The notes below the pieces were generated by a model. That model was not told the DNA's origin. It worked only from the letters and a program-made list of their open reading frames with translations, and did no database searches. From contig OY759598.1 in the NCBI GenBank assembly GCA_963662435.1, forward strand, positions 1,954,507 through 2,018,506: DNA of 64,000 nucleotides. Reading direction: 5' to 3'. Shown piece after piece: positions 20,009-29,364 of the stretch; position 1 is the stretch's first letter; each line of letters opens with the position of its first letter. The translations under genes were made by a program, and so were the position numbers. The stretch is from Dehalococcoidia bacterium (GTDB lineage: Bacteria > Chloroflexota > Dehalococcoidia > Lucifugimonadales > VXLM01).

Positions 20009-21369
20009 GCAGCAAGACCGTGTCCGCGAATCTCACTCGGCTTGAGGGGATCATATCCTCGCTCAGTTCCTTGTCGATCGACACCGTGACCGGTGATGCA
20101 GCGAGCGACTATTCCATCGAGGGTATGACACCGGGTGTCGTTGCGCGCCCCGTCTCGCCGCAGGGGATATCGGAGGCAATGTCGGTCGCGAGCGAGCACG
20201 GCCTGTCCGTAGCGCCGCTGGGAGGAATGACTCGCACGAGTCTCGGAAACCCTCCCGACTCCCTTGATCTCGCCATCGACATGACCGGCGTCAATCAGGT
20301 GCTGGCCCACAACGCAGCCGACCTGACCGCCACCGTCGAGGCGGGTATTTCCGTCTCGCGGGTGCAGGAAATCCTGGCAGAGCACGGCCAGTTCCTCGCT
20401 ATCGACCCTCCTCTGCCCGATCGCGCCACCATAGGCGGGACTCTCGCCGTCGGCTGGAGCGGCCCAATGACGTGGCAGAACTGGAGTCCGCGCGACATCG
20501 TAATCGGCATGAGGACCGTGATGGCGGACGGCACGATCACCAAGACCGGAGGGCAGGTCGTCAAGAACGTGAGCGGCTACGACATGGCGCGGATGCACAT
20601 AGGCGCGCTTGGCACGCTCGGCATTATCGCGGAGGTGTCGTTCAAGCTGACCCCGCTCCCGGCCCGGCAGGCGACCGTGATGGCAACCTTCGACTCCGAC
20701 GCGGACTGCCTCGATGCCGCACTCGAGGTGTATGGGAGCAGTCTCGTCCCTCTGGCAATCTCGACTCTGCATGGCCAGCAGCCGGGTGCAGGAGGACGTG
20801 GCACAAGCGAAGCTCGACCGTCCCTCTTGGTTCGAGTCGGAGGACGCGCGAGGAGCGTTCAGAGGCAGACCAACAACGTTGCATCAATCTACCGTCGGTC
20901 CGGCGCAGTACAACGCGACGTGATGGACGACAACGACGTTGTGATGATATGGAGCCGGATGGGTGACTTCGGGTGGACTGAAGAGACCACGCCAATCGCC
21001 GGTATCAGGGCGACCGCTCTTCCTTCGGACACTCCGCGAATCATCCAGTCCATGCAGGACACGGAGGACTCCGCAGCCCTCGCGTGGAGGGCAGCGACCC
21101 AGACCGCGCAGGGTGTAGTCGACATCCACTGGCTCAACATCGAGGGGGAGTACTCGATTGAACACGTAAGTGCCGTGATATCTAGGACCATACAGGCCGT
21201 TCGCAGAATCGGCGGGACGGCAGTCATCACTCACGCCCCGGCTCAAATCAAGGATACTCTCGACGTGTGGGGCCAAACGACCTCCGCCATCGACACGATG
21301 CGGAGTCTCAAGCGACAATACGACCCGAACCGGGTCCTCAATCCCGGTCGTTTCATGGGTGGCATTTGA
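20005..21369 (+). CDS. glcE: Glycolate oxidase FAD-binding subunit
   Basis: DLTATVEAG, ATIGGTLA, GGQVVKNVSGYDM, DPNRVLNPGR; ATGA overlap with glcD. Confidence 0.9.
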   Translation: MSSKTVSANLTRLEGIISSLSSLSIDTVTGDAASDYSIEGMTPGVVARPVSPQGISEAMSVASEHGLSVAPLGGMTRTSLGNPPDSLDLAIDMTGVNQVLAHNAADLTATVEAGISVSRVQEILAEHGQFLAIDPPLPDRATIGGTLAVGWSGPMTWQNWSPRDIVIGMRTVMADGTITKTGGQVVKNVSGYDMARMHIGALGTLGIIAEVSFKLTPLPARQATVMATFDSDADCLDAALEVYGSSLVPLAISTLHGQQPGAGGRGTSEARPSLLVRVGGRARSVQRQTNNVASIYRRSGAVQRDVMDDNDVVMIWSRMGDFGWTEETTPIAGIRATALPSDTPRIIQSMQDTEDSAALAWRAATQTAQGVVDIHWLNIEGEYSIEHVSAVISRTIQAVRRIGGTAVITHAPAQIKDTLDVWGQTTSAIDTMRSLKRQYDPNRVLNPGRFMGGI

Positions 21370-22688
21370 TGACGTGGACCCAGCCAACGGTCGCACATCA
21401 GGGGTTCTCCGCGCCCGACGGACCGCGCGAAGAGGACATGTACAAGTGCGTCCACTGCGGGTTCTGCCTGCAGGCCTGTCCCACCTATCTAGAGACGGGG
21501 CTGGAGACCGAATCGCCGAGGGGCCGCATCGCCCTGATGAAAGCCGTGAACGAGGGGCGCATCGGGATAACGCCTGAGGTCTACCGCCACTGGGACCTCT
21601 GCATCCAGTGTCGCGCATGCGAGGTCGCCTGCCCGTCCGGCGTTCCCTACGGAAACCTCATCGAAGCCACGATGAGCGAGGTCGAGCAGAGACGCAAGAA
21701 GGGGTTTCTCGCCCGCGTAGTGGGAAACTTCGTCCTCAACTCGATCATACCCAAGCAGGGCCGCCTCGAATTCGTGGCAAGCGTGTTGCGGCTATACAAA
21801 TCGAGTGGGCTCCAATCGGCGGTGCGAAAGACCAAGATTCTTTCGACGCTGGCCCCCGGACTTGCGGAGCTGGAAATGTCCGCACCAACGGTGTCCAAAC
21901 GGCGCTTCCAAGCACGTGGGCAAGTCTACCCAGCACAAGGGACAACCCGAGCGAAAGTCGCCATCCTGTCGGGATGCATCATGCCCCTGATGCACGGCCT
22001 GGAGATGGACGCAGCGGTGCGTGTCCTAACGAGGAACGGGTGCGAAGTGGAGGTCACCGAGGGACAGGGGTGCTGCGGAGCCATCCACAGTCACGTCGGC
22101 GACCTCGAAAGGGCGAGAGAGCTGGCCCGGAACAACATCGACGCATTCGAAGCCCATGGCGTGGATGCCGTCATCATCGCATCTGCCGGGTGCGGTGCAA
22201 GGATGAAGGAGTACGACCATCTGCTGGAAGGCGACCCCGATTACGCCGGGCGTGCGGCGAAGTTCAGCGCGACGGTCAAAGATATCCATGAATACCTCGT
22301 CGACCTCCCCTTCGTTCCGCCGACGGGAACGGTCGACAAGCGCGTGACCTATCAGGACTCGTGCCACCTCGCCAATGCGCAGAAAATCACGGACGCGCCG
22401 AGGGCGATTCTGACCTCGATACCGGGCGTTGAACTCGTCGAGATGGAGCGTTCGGACGTCTGCTGTGGCGCGGGAGGAACGTACACCATCACCGAAAGGG
22501 AGTTCTCGCTCCGTGTCCTCGACTCCAAGATGAAGAACGTCGACAAAACAAACGCCGACGTGCTGGCGACGGCCAATCCGGGATGTGTGCTCCAACTGCA
22601 ATATGGGACACAGCGGTACGGCCCGCCGGTCGAGGTCATGTACGTCACCGACCTGCTCGATGAGGCATACCAACGGGGAGACGGCTGA
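21369..22688 (+). CDS. glcF: Glycolate oxidase iron-sulfur subunit
   Basis: CVHCGFCLQACPTY, CIQCRACEVACPSGV, CCG motifs, YQDSCHL, ANPGC; TGATG coupling to glcE. Confidence 0.93.
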   Translation: MTWTQPTVAHQGFSAPDGPREEDMYKCVHCGFCLQACPTYLETGLETESPRGRIALMKAVNEGRIGITPEVYRHWDLCIQCRACEVACPSGVPYGNLIEATMSEVEQRRKKGFLARVVGNFVLNSIIPKQGRLEFVASVLRLYKSSGLQSAVRKTKILSTLAPGLAELEMSAPTVSKRRFQARGQVYPAQGTTRAKVAILSGCIMPLMHGLEMDAAVRVLTRNGCEVEVTEGQGCCGAIHSHVGDLERARELARNNIDAFEAHGVDAVIIASAGCGARMKEYDHLLEGDPDYAGRAAKFSATVKDIHEYLVDLPFVPPTGTVDKRVTYQDSCHLANAQKITDAPRAILTSIPGVELVEMERSDVCCGAGGTYTITEREFSLRVLDSKMKNVDKTNADVLATANPGCVLQLQYGTQRYGPPVEVMYVTDLLDEAYQRGDG

Positions 22689-22691
22689 CCC

Positions 22692-23483
22692 ATGGAACTG
22701 GGACTGACAGGCAAGGTTGCATTGATTACCGGCGGCAGCGATGGGCTCGGCAAGGCGACTGCCATAGCCATGGGACGCGAGGGTGCCAGGGTCGCCATCT
22801 GCGCGCGCAACCCGGAGCACCTAGAACAGGCCGCGGACGACATTCGCCAGACCACCGGTGAGGACGTCCTGGCCGTGCCCGCTGACGTACGGGACCAGGA
22901 GCAGATCGAACGGCTCTTCGAGGAGACCCTGCACAAGTTTGGGCGGCTCGACATCCTGGTCAACAACGCCGGAGGTTCGGCGGCCGGTCCGCTGCTGGAA
23001 ATGGACGATGCCATCTGGCACGGCGATCTCGATACCAAGCTCTTCGGTGCCCTCAGGTGCTCACGACTGGCGATACCGCACATGATGGAAGCGGGCGGCG
23101 GACGGATCATCAACGTCACGAGCATCGGCGGGAAGCAGCCGGAAGCGGCGACCGTACCTACGACGGTGTCCCGCGCGGCGGGCATCGCCCTGACCAAGTC
23201 AATGTCGCGAGAGTTTGCGCCGCACGGCATACTCGTCAACACGGTCTGCATCGGACTTGCCCGAAGCGGACAGTTTCGTCGCGAGTGGGATGACCTGCAG
23301 GCCGAGGGCACCGACCTGACCGAGGACGAGTTCTATGCGCGGCAGGGTGCAGGCGTTCCGTTGGGCCGCATCGGGACGGCCGAGGAGGTCGCAGACCTCA
23401 TCACGTTCCTCGCCTCTGAGCGCGCCAGTTTCATCACGGGCACCGCGATCAACATGGATGGCGGCGAGTCCGCCGTCGTCTGA
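22692..23483 (+). CDS. SDR-family oxidoreductase
   Basis: TGGSDGLG, LVNNAG, SFITGTAINMDGG; the catalytic Tyr position appears replaced (TTVSRAA). Confidence 0.9.
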   Translation: MELGLTGKVALITGGSDGLGKATAIAMGREGARVAICARNPEHLEQAADDIRQTTGEDVLAVPADVRDQEQIERLFEETLHKFGRLDILVNNAGGSAAGPLLEMDDAIWHGDLDTKLFGALRCSRLAIPHMMEAGGGRIINVTSIGGKQPEAATVPTTVSRAAGIALTKSMSREFAPHGILVNTVCIGLARSGQFRREWDDLQAEGTDLTEDEFYARQGAGVPLGRIGTAEEVADLITFLASERASFITGTAINMDGGESAVV

Positions 23484-23913
23484 GAGCCTCGACCAAGAGG
23501 ACGTCGGGCCTGTTCCAATCAGGCGTCCTGTCGTGAACAAGAATCTCTTCAGCCGTCATCCACTCGACCTCAGCGACCTCGTCGGTGTCGGCGATGTGAG
23601 GCTCACCCTCCAGGTACATTCCCGAGAAAAGCGTGTCGACGACCGGACTTCCATCATCCAGCGCGTAGAACAAGCTCCGCACGTACTCCAAGTCGGACGA
23701 AACGGAGATGCCCGTCTCTTCCAGGACTTCACGACGTACGGCGGTTTCAAGAACTTCGGCGGGCCCGTCCTCAACCTCGACCTTGCCACCGGGAAATACC
23801 AGCGCTCCGGGAGCGTCCTTGATGCCGTCGGCCCTTACTATCACGAGGAAGCGTTCGTCGCGGACCACAGCACACTGTGTCGCCACGATGAAAGTCTTGC
23901 GCTCATCGGACAT
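23449..23913 (-). CDS. Nudix hydrolase (tandem copy 3)
   Basis: FPGGKVE...AVRREVLEETG Nudix box. Confidence 0.88.
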   Translation of the reverse strand: MSDERKTFIVATQCAVVRDERFLVIVRADGIKDAPGALVFPGGKVEVEDGPAEVLETAVRREVLEETGISVSSDLEYVRSLFYALDDGSPVVDTLFSGMYLEGEPHIADTDEVAEVEWMTAEEILVHDRTPDWNRPDVLLVEALRRRRTRRHPC

Positions 23914-24361
23914 GGCCTGAATCTTCTCTATGAGCACCAATGAGGTTGATGGCATTCTTGAGGCACTGCGACGCATTCTCGTGTGCGAGAATCTCGTCCT
24001 CAGTCATCCAGTGAATAGCTGCAACCTCTTCGGGGTCTGAAATACGCGGCTCACCTTCGACATACATGCCGAGGAAGAGGACGTCCACCACTGGTGTCCC
24101 ATCACTGAGCTCGAATGTCTTGCTCTGAATAAATTCCAAGTCGGGCGAAACGGAGATGCCCGTCTCTTCCAGCACTTCACGCCGGACGGCAGTTTCGAGT
24201 ACGTCGTCCAGTCCGTCCCCGACCTCCACCTTGGCCCCGGGAAAGACCAGCGCTCCGGGAGCGTCCTTGATGCCGTCAGCCCTTACGATCACGAGGAGGC
24301 GTTCGCCGCGGACCACTGCGCATAGCGTCGCCGCAATGAAATTCATACGCTCATCGGACAT
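23903..24361 (-). CDS. Nudix hydrolase (tandem copy 2)
   Basis: FPGAKVE...AVRREVLEETG. Confidence 0.88.
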   Translation of the reverse strand: MSDERMNFIAATLCAVVRGERLLVIVRADGIKDAPGALVFPGAKVEVGDGLDDVLETAVRREVLEETGISVSPDLEFIQSKTFELSDGTPVVDVLFLGMYVEGEPRISDPEEVAAIHWMTEDEILAHENASQCLKNAINLIGAHREDSGHVR

Positions 24362-24809
24362 GGCCAGCTTCTCCTCTGCGAACGACAAGTAGGTTGATCG
24401 CATCCTTCAGCCACGGCGGCGTCTCGTCCTCAGCGAGAATCTCGTCCGCTGTCATCCACCGGATGTCGGCCACCTCGTCGGGGTCTGTGATTCGAGGTTC
24501 GCCTTCCCGGTATTCTCCCATGAACAACACGTCCACCACCGGAGTCCCGTCGTTCATGGAGAAGGATGCGCTCCGGACGTATTCCAGGTCATCCGAAACG
24601 GTGATTCCCGTCTCCTCCAGCACCTCGCGCCGCACTGCTGTTTCGAGTATGTCTGCCGGCCCGTCCTCGATCTCGACCTTGCCACCGGGGAACGCAAGGA
24701 CTCCCGGGGAGTGCTGGACTCCCTGTCCCCTCACGATCATGAGGATTCGCTCACCCCGGAAGACAGCGCACTGGGTGTTCACGACAAACATCTCGCGGTC
24801 GTCGTTCAT
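24351..24809 (-). CDS. Nudix hydrolase (tandem copy 1)
   Basis: FPGGKVE...AVRREVLEETG; GAGGAGG RBS before MNDDRE. Confidence 0.88.
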   Translation of the reverse strand: MNDDREMFVVNTQCAVFRGERILMIVRGQGVQHSPGVLAFPGGKVEIEDGPADILETAVRREVLEETGITVSDDLEYVRSASFSMNDGTPVVDVLFMGEYREGEPRITDPDEVADIRWMTADEILAEDETPPWLKDAINLLVVRRGEAGHVR

Positions 24810-24858
24810 AGGTGGTCCCTCCTCGCTTTCGCGATTCTCTTGGCCCATAGTCTAATGG

Positions 24859-25314
24859 TCATACCCTCTGCATCAGTAGGTGAGTGTCCGTATCGCCCCA
24901 AACGGTGAAGCCAAGTCTCTCGTAGAAGGCGGCCGCCCGGGGATTGGCTCTCAGCACCTTGAGCTTTACGGGCAGGTTGGACTCAGCCGCTCTTTCAAAG
25001 ACGGCCTGCATACACTTACCACCAATCCCCCGCCCTTGGTCCTCTGGCAAAATATATATCTGATTGAGAAAGAGACAATCAGGCTCTAGAGCCACCGACA
25101 TGATGCCCACATCGCGCCCACCGAAATTTATGATCTGGAACTCCTGCGAACGAAAGCGCCTCTCGTGAATCTTACGCTGCTCTTTCTCGTCCCAGCCCCA
25201 TGTCTGCTCGATGTACTCAAACATGGCAGCGCGCTTCACGCCGTAGATGAACTCCTTGTCGTCTTGACACGCCACTCTCAACTCTATGGAGTCTTCGTTT
25301 TCCGGACAATTCAA
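24859..25314 (-). CDS. GNAT N-acetyltransferase
   Basis: IYILPEDQGRGIG, NPRAAAFYERLGF. Confidence 0.9.
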   Translation of the reverse strand: MNCPENEDSIELRVACQDDKEFIYGVKRAAMFEYIEQTWGWDEKEQRKIHERRFRSQEFQIINFGGRDVGIMSVALEPDCLFLNQIYILPEDQGRGIGGKCMQAVFERAAESNLPVKLKVLRANPRAAAFYERLGFTVWGDTDTHLLMQRV

Positions 25315-25351
25315 TCGATGGACTCTCTTCGGCCACTAGTCCAGGTGGACA

Positions 25352-26122
25352 CTACTCTGCCTTGAAGGCCTCAAAGCGAATTCTCCAGTAGTCGGCCGTC
25401 CACGTACGTTCAGCGTACAGCGTCGACCGGGTCGCCTCCTCGACATGGGCAACCACCTCCTCGCGCTGGGAAGGCGTAAGCGATGACAGGTAGTCCCAGC
25501 CGAACATGCGAAGCCACATCCTCATTCCTTCTTCGCCGCCGTCCAAGGGAGTCGGCCTCTCGAAGTGGTCTGAGTACGCGACACGGAAATCACGGCTTAC
25601 CAGGAGAGAGACGTACTCGTTCAGTGGCGGAAAGTACTTATTCGGCCTGTACACTTCGGTGCCGTCCTGCTCCAGTGCGTCGAGGGCCTCACCCACGGCG
25701 GTCATGATCGCCCGGATATTGTTCTCGCCACCGAATTCCGCTACAAAGCGTCCCCCAGGCCTCAACGTCCGCCGCACGGATTCCACGACCGCCTCAGGTG
25801 GACGCACCCAGTGGAGCACCGCGTTGGAGAATACGGCGTCGAACTCGTTTTCAAAGTGCAGCGATCGAGCGTCGGCCACCTCGAAGCGGATGCGCGGGTA
25901 GTTCTCCGATGCGACCCTGACCATGTCACCGGACGAGTCGACGCCGACGACCTCCGCGCCCGACTCCGCGATCTGGGCCGTCAGGTGGCCGGTGCCGCAC
26001 CCAAGATCGAGGACGCGCTCACCCGGCTGAGGGGCGAGAAGGTCGACTACTCCCCTTCCCCGCTCCCATACGAACGAGTGAGCGCTGTCGTACCGGCTAG
26101 CGTCCCATTCTCGCTCCGTCAT
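25352..26122 (-). CDS. Class I SAM-dependent methyltransferase (Tam-like)
   Basis: [40 protein letters not shown] overlap with aroC. Confidence 0.9.
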   Translation of the reverse strand: MTEREWDASRYDSAHSFVWERGRGVVDLLAPQPGERVLDLGCGTGHLTAQIAESGAEVVGVDSSGDMVRVASENYPRIRFEVADARSLHFENEFDAVFSNAVLHWVRPPEAVVESVRRTLRPGGRFVAEFGGENNIRAIMTAVGEALDALEQDGTEVYRPNKYFPPLNEYVSLLVSRDFRVAYSDHFERPTPLDGGEEGMRMWLRMFGWDYLSSLTPSQREEVVAHVEEATRSTLYAERTWTADYWRIRFEAFKAE

Positions 26123-27207
26123 CCCAAGTCGCCGACCTGACCGCGCTGCCGTAGAGCGTGATCGACGAGCACGAGGGCCATCATCGCCTCGACCATAGGC
26201 ACAGCCCGTGGCAGAACGCACGGATCATGCCTTCCCCTGCCCGACAGCTCCGTCGGGTTGCCGTCTTCGTCCAAGGTCTCCTGAGGCGTCATGATCGTCG
26301 CAACCGGCTTGAATGCGGCGCGAATCACGATACTCTCGCCGTTGGAGATGCCGCCCTGGATTCCGCCGGAGTAATTCGTCCGGGTCCTGATTCGTCCGGC
26401 CTCATTGTAGAATGGGTCGTTGTGCGTGGAGCCGGTCATCGTTATCCCGCCGAACCCCGATCCCACCTCGAAGCCCTTGCACGCGGGCAGTGAGAGGACT
26501 CCCCTTCCAAGGTCGGCTTCCAGCTTGTCGAATACCGGCTCACCGAGTCCGGGCGGTACATTGCGTGCAACTGCTTCGACGACGCCTCCGAGCGTATCGC
26601 CCGCCTTCCGCGCCTCGTCGATGCGCTCGATCATGCGCTCTGCTATGTCGGGGTCGGGACAGCGAACGATGGTGGACTCTACGTCGCTCATCGACACCGA
26701 CTCAGGGTCAACGTCGGCGACCATGTCGGAGACCTGCTTGACGTATCCGACGATCTCGACGCCGAACTCCTGCGCAAGAATCTTCTTGGCGATTGCCCCC
26801 GCTGCAACCCTGCCGATGGTCTCCCGCGCGCTGGCGCGTCCCCCGCCCTTCCAGTTGCGAATGCCGTACTTGGCCTGGTACGTGTAGTCGGCATGGGACG
26901 GGCGGTACTTCGTCCGCATGTGCTCGTAGTCCTTGGAGCGCTGGTCGGCGTTCCAGACCCCGATCATGATCGGTGTGCCGAGCGACTTGCCCTCGAATAC
27001 CCCCGACAGAATCTGCGCCTCGTCGGACTCGCGCCTCTGGGTCGTTATTCGACTCTGGCCGGGCCGTCGACGCGCAAGCTCCTTCTGGATGTCCGCAATG
27101 TCGATCTCGATCAGCGGCGGGCACCCGTCCACGACCACGCCAACGGCGTCGCCGTGGGACTCACCCCACGTCGTAATGCTGAACATTTTCCCGAATGTAT
27201 TTGCCAT
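26119..27207 (-). CDS. aroC: Chorismate synthase
   Basis: [41 protein letters not shown]. Confidence 0.97.
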   Translation of the reverse strand: MANTFGKMFSITTWGESHGDAVGVVVDGCPPLIEIDIADIQKELARRRPGQSRITTQRRESDEAQILSGVFEGKSLGTPIMIGVWNADQRSKDYEHMRTKYRPSHADYTYQAKYGIRNWKGGGRASARETIGRVAAGAIAKKILAQEFGVEIVGYVKQVSDMVADVDPESVSMSDVESTIVRCPDPDIAERMIERIDEARKAGDTLGGVVEAVARNVPPGLGEPVFDKLEADLGRGVLSLPACKGFEVGSGFGGITMTGSTHNDPFYNEAGRIRTRTNYSGGIQGGISNGESIVIRAAFKPVATIMTPQETLDEDGNPTELSGRGRHDPCVLPRAVPMVEAMMALVLVDHALRQRGQVGDLG

Positions 27208-27293
27208 AATCGCGTCCCCGTCGAGGAGTCTCGTTCCAAGCGGGCGGGTTACAACATGCTACCATCACCGAGCGCCGCTGTGGTACGATTCGA

Positions 27294-27572
27294 GGAACAG
27301 GCGCCCGTTCGACGGTTACACTAGGGCCCGGGTTGAACACCTGCGAGCGCCTTTCTTCTTCGGAAGAATGAGTGCCACTCGCAGCCCGGGCCCCGTCGGA
27401 CTTCTGACCATCGACGCCCGTATTCCCCTGACGATGTTCGCCTCGCGCTGTTCCCTTACCGTTCACACATTGCCGTTTTGACCTACAAGAACACATGGCC
27501 TACTCTATTCTTGTTGCAGAAACGACTTCCCCTGAAACACCCGAAACCGTGAAACCCAGCGAGAAGACCCGT
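27294..27572 (+). ncRNA. Candidate structured non-coding RNA, family unknown
   Basis: Extended -10 TGnTACGAT at 27281-27289; nested stems capped by a C(UUCG)G tetraloop at 27358-27363; second long irregular hairpin at about 27430-27572. Confidence 0.4.
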
Positions 27573-27605
27573 GATGAAAGGCTCGAAATTTTGAACACGT
27601 CACTT

Positions 27606-28428
27606 ATTCTCAAACCCTCTCATTTTCTCAAACCGTCTCACCCCGGACAGCTCCTACCCCCTGCGCGTCGCCAAGACCCCACACCTGAAAGTTCACCTAC
27701 GCAGTGCATCACATGCAAACCAAGAAAAAAACACGAGCGAGCCGGCGATTCTCATTCCCTCTCATTTTCTCAAACCGTCTCACATTCTCAAGCACTCTCA
27801 TTTTCTCAAACCGTCTCACGCCGGAAAGTCCCTACCCCGTGCGCGTCGCCAAGACTCCCCGCCTGCAAGGTCACGTACGCAGTGCATCACATGCAATCCA
27901 AGAAAAAAACACGAGCGAACCGGCGATTCTCATTCCCTCTCATTTTCTCAAACAGTCTCACCCCGGACAGCTCCTACCCCCTGCGCGTCGCCAGGACTCC
28001 CTATCTGCAAGGTCATGTACCCAGTGCATCACGTGCAAAGCAAGAAAAAAACACGAGCGAACCGGCGATTCTCATTCCCTCTCATTTTCTCAAACAGTCT
28101 CACATTCTCAAGCACTCTCATTTTCTCAAACCGTCTCACGCCGGAAAGTCCCTACCCCGTGCGCGTCGCCAAGACTCCCCGCCTGCAAGGTCACGTACCC
28201 AGTGCATCACATGCAAACCAAGAAAAAAACACGAGCGAACCGGCGATTCTCATTCCCTCTCATTTTCTCAAACCGTCTCACGCCAGACAGCTCCTACCCC
28301 CTGCGCGTCGCCAGGACTCCCTATCTGCAAGGTCATGTACCCAGTGCATCACGTGCAAAGCAAGAAAAAAACACGAGCGAACCGGCGATTCTCATTCCCT
28401 CTCATCTTCTCAAACAGTCTCACCCCGG
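27606..28428. repeat. Higher-order tandem repeat, 320-bp period, alternating 178/142-bp monomers, about 5 monomers
   Basis: GCGCGTCGCC at 27663, 27841, 27983, 28161 and 28303 (spacing 178, 142, 178, 142). Confidence 0.95.
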
Positions 28429-28536
28429 CGAGGCCGTCATCGCCTCCAACGCCGGAGGACGGTCTTCATTGACGGCCATTAGTCTCTGCCATAGACTACC
28501 CCGCGCACCAATTCATGCACGGAACGGAGGTCCACG

Positions 28537-29322
28537 ATGGAGCTGACCAGCGACCAAAAGGACTTCTTCGAGACGTTCGGGTTCATCGTGTTCCGACAGC
28601 TATTGAGCACGGACGAGGTGGCCACGATGCTGCGGGAGTCGGACGAAATCATGGCGGAAGTCCGAGGCGGTGCGGCGTATGACGGCAAGCAGTGGCAGGC
28701 CGTCCAGCCCTTCTTCGAGCGACGGCCATTCCTGCACAGCCTGATCGTCGATCCGCGTATCCTGGGAATCGCCGAGGGTCTCCTCGGTCCCGATATATTC
28801 CTTGACGTGACGGAAGGAAACCTCCACATCGGCGATACCCCGTGGCACGGTGGCGGGAGCGACGGCGAAATCCTCCCCCACGTCAAGATCGGGTTCTACC
28901 TTGAGCCGCTGACAAAGGAGACCGGCGCGCTGCGCTTCATCCCAGGCTCCCACAAGGGCGACTTCTCCAAACGGCTCAATCGAATCAGCGCCCGCATCGA
29001 TGACCCCGATGCGAAGGTCTGGGGCGTCCCTCTCAGCGAGGTGCCGTCCTTCGCCGTCGAGACGACGCCGGGCGACGTCGTCGCATTCAAGGAGAATACC
29101 TACCACGGCGCGTTCGGCGGACACGCCGGACGTCACCAACACGCTATCAATTACTTCCAGAAACCGAATACCGAGGAGCAGATGGCGCTTTTGCGGTCCT
29201 TCTACGAGGAAATGACATACTCCTTCCATCCCGTGGTGCAGAACCTCGAACATGAGGACCCACGCATGAGGGCGCTGCAGGCCGACTTGGTGAAGTGGGG
29301 ATTCGAGACACAGAGCGTGTGA
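28537..29322 (+). CDS. PhyH-family Fe(II)/2OG oxygenase with HxG motif (putative halogenase)
   Basis: FFETFGFIVFR, GDTPWHGG, GALRFIPGSH, PGDVVAF, YHGAFGG..R; GGAGG RBS. Confidence 0.85.
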   Translation: MELTSDQKDFFETFGFIVFRQLLSTDEVATMLRESDEIMAEVRGGAAYDGKQWQAVQPFFERRPFLHSLIVDPRILGIAEGLLGPDIFLDVTEGNLHIGDTPWHGGGSDGEILPHVKIGFYLEPLTKETGALRFIPGSHKGDFSKRLNRISARIDDPDAKVWGVPLSEVPSFAVETTPGDVVAFKENTYHGAFGGHAGRHQHAINYFQKPNTEEQMALLRSFYEEMTYSFHPVVQNLEHEDPRMRALQADLVKWGFETQSV

Positions 29323-29364
29323 GCCGGCTAGCAGGAGAGACAACCCCTTGAAGACGAACTTGAA

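Noticed and set aside
27606..28428. CRISPR array
   Set aside because: The segments between conserved blocks are homologous to each other rather than unique spacers, units are 142/178 bp, and no cas genes are present.
27495..28546. Three overlapping plus-strand ORFs across the repeat (325, 280 and 155 aa)
   Set aside because: They arise because the repeat strand lacks stop codons. Unit lengths are not multiples of 3, so each ORF cycles through all frames. Not called as CDS, though translation is not excluded.
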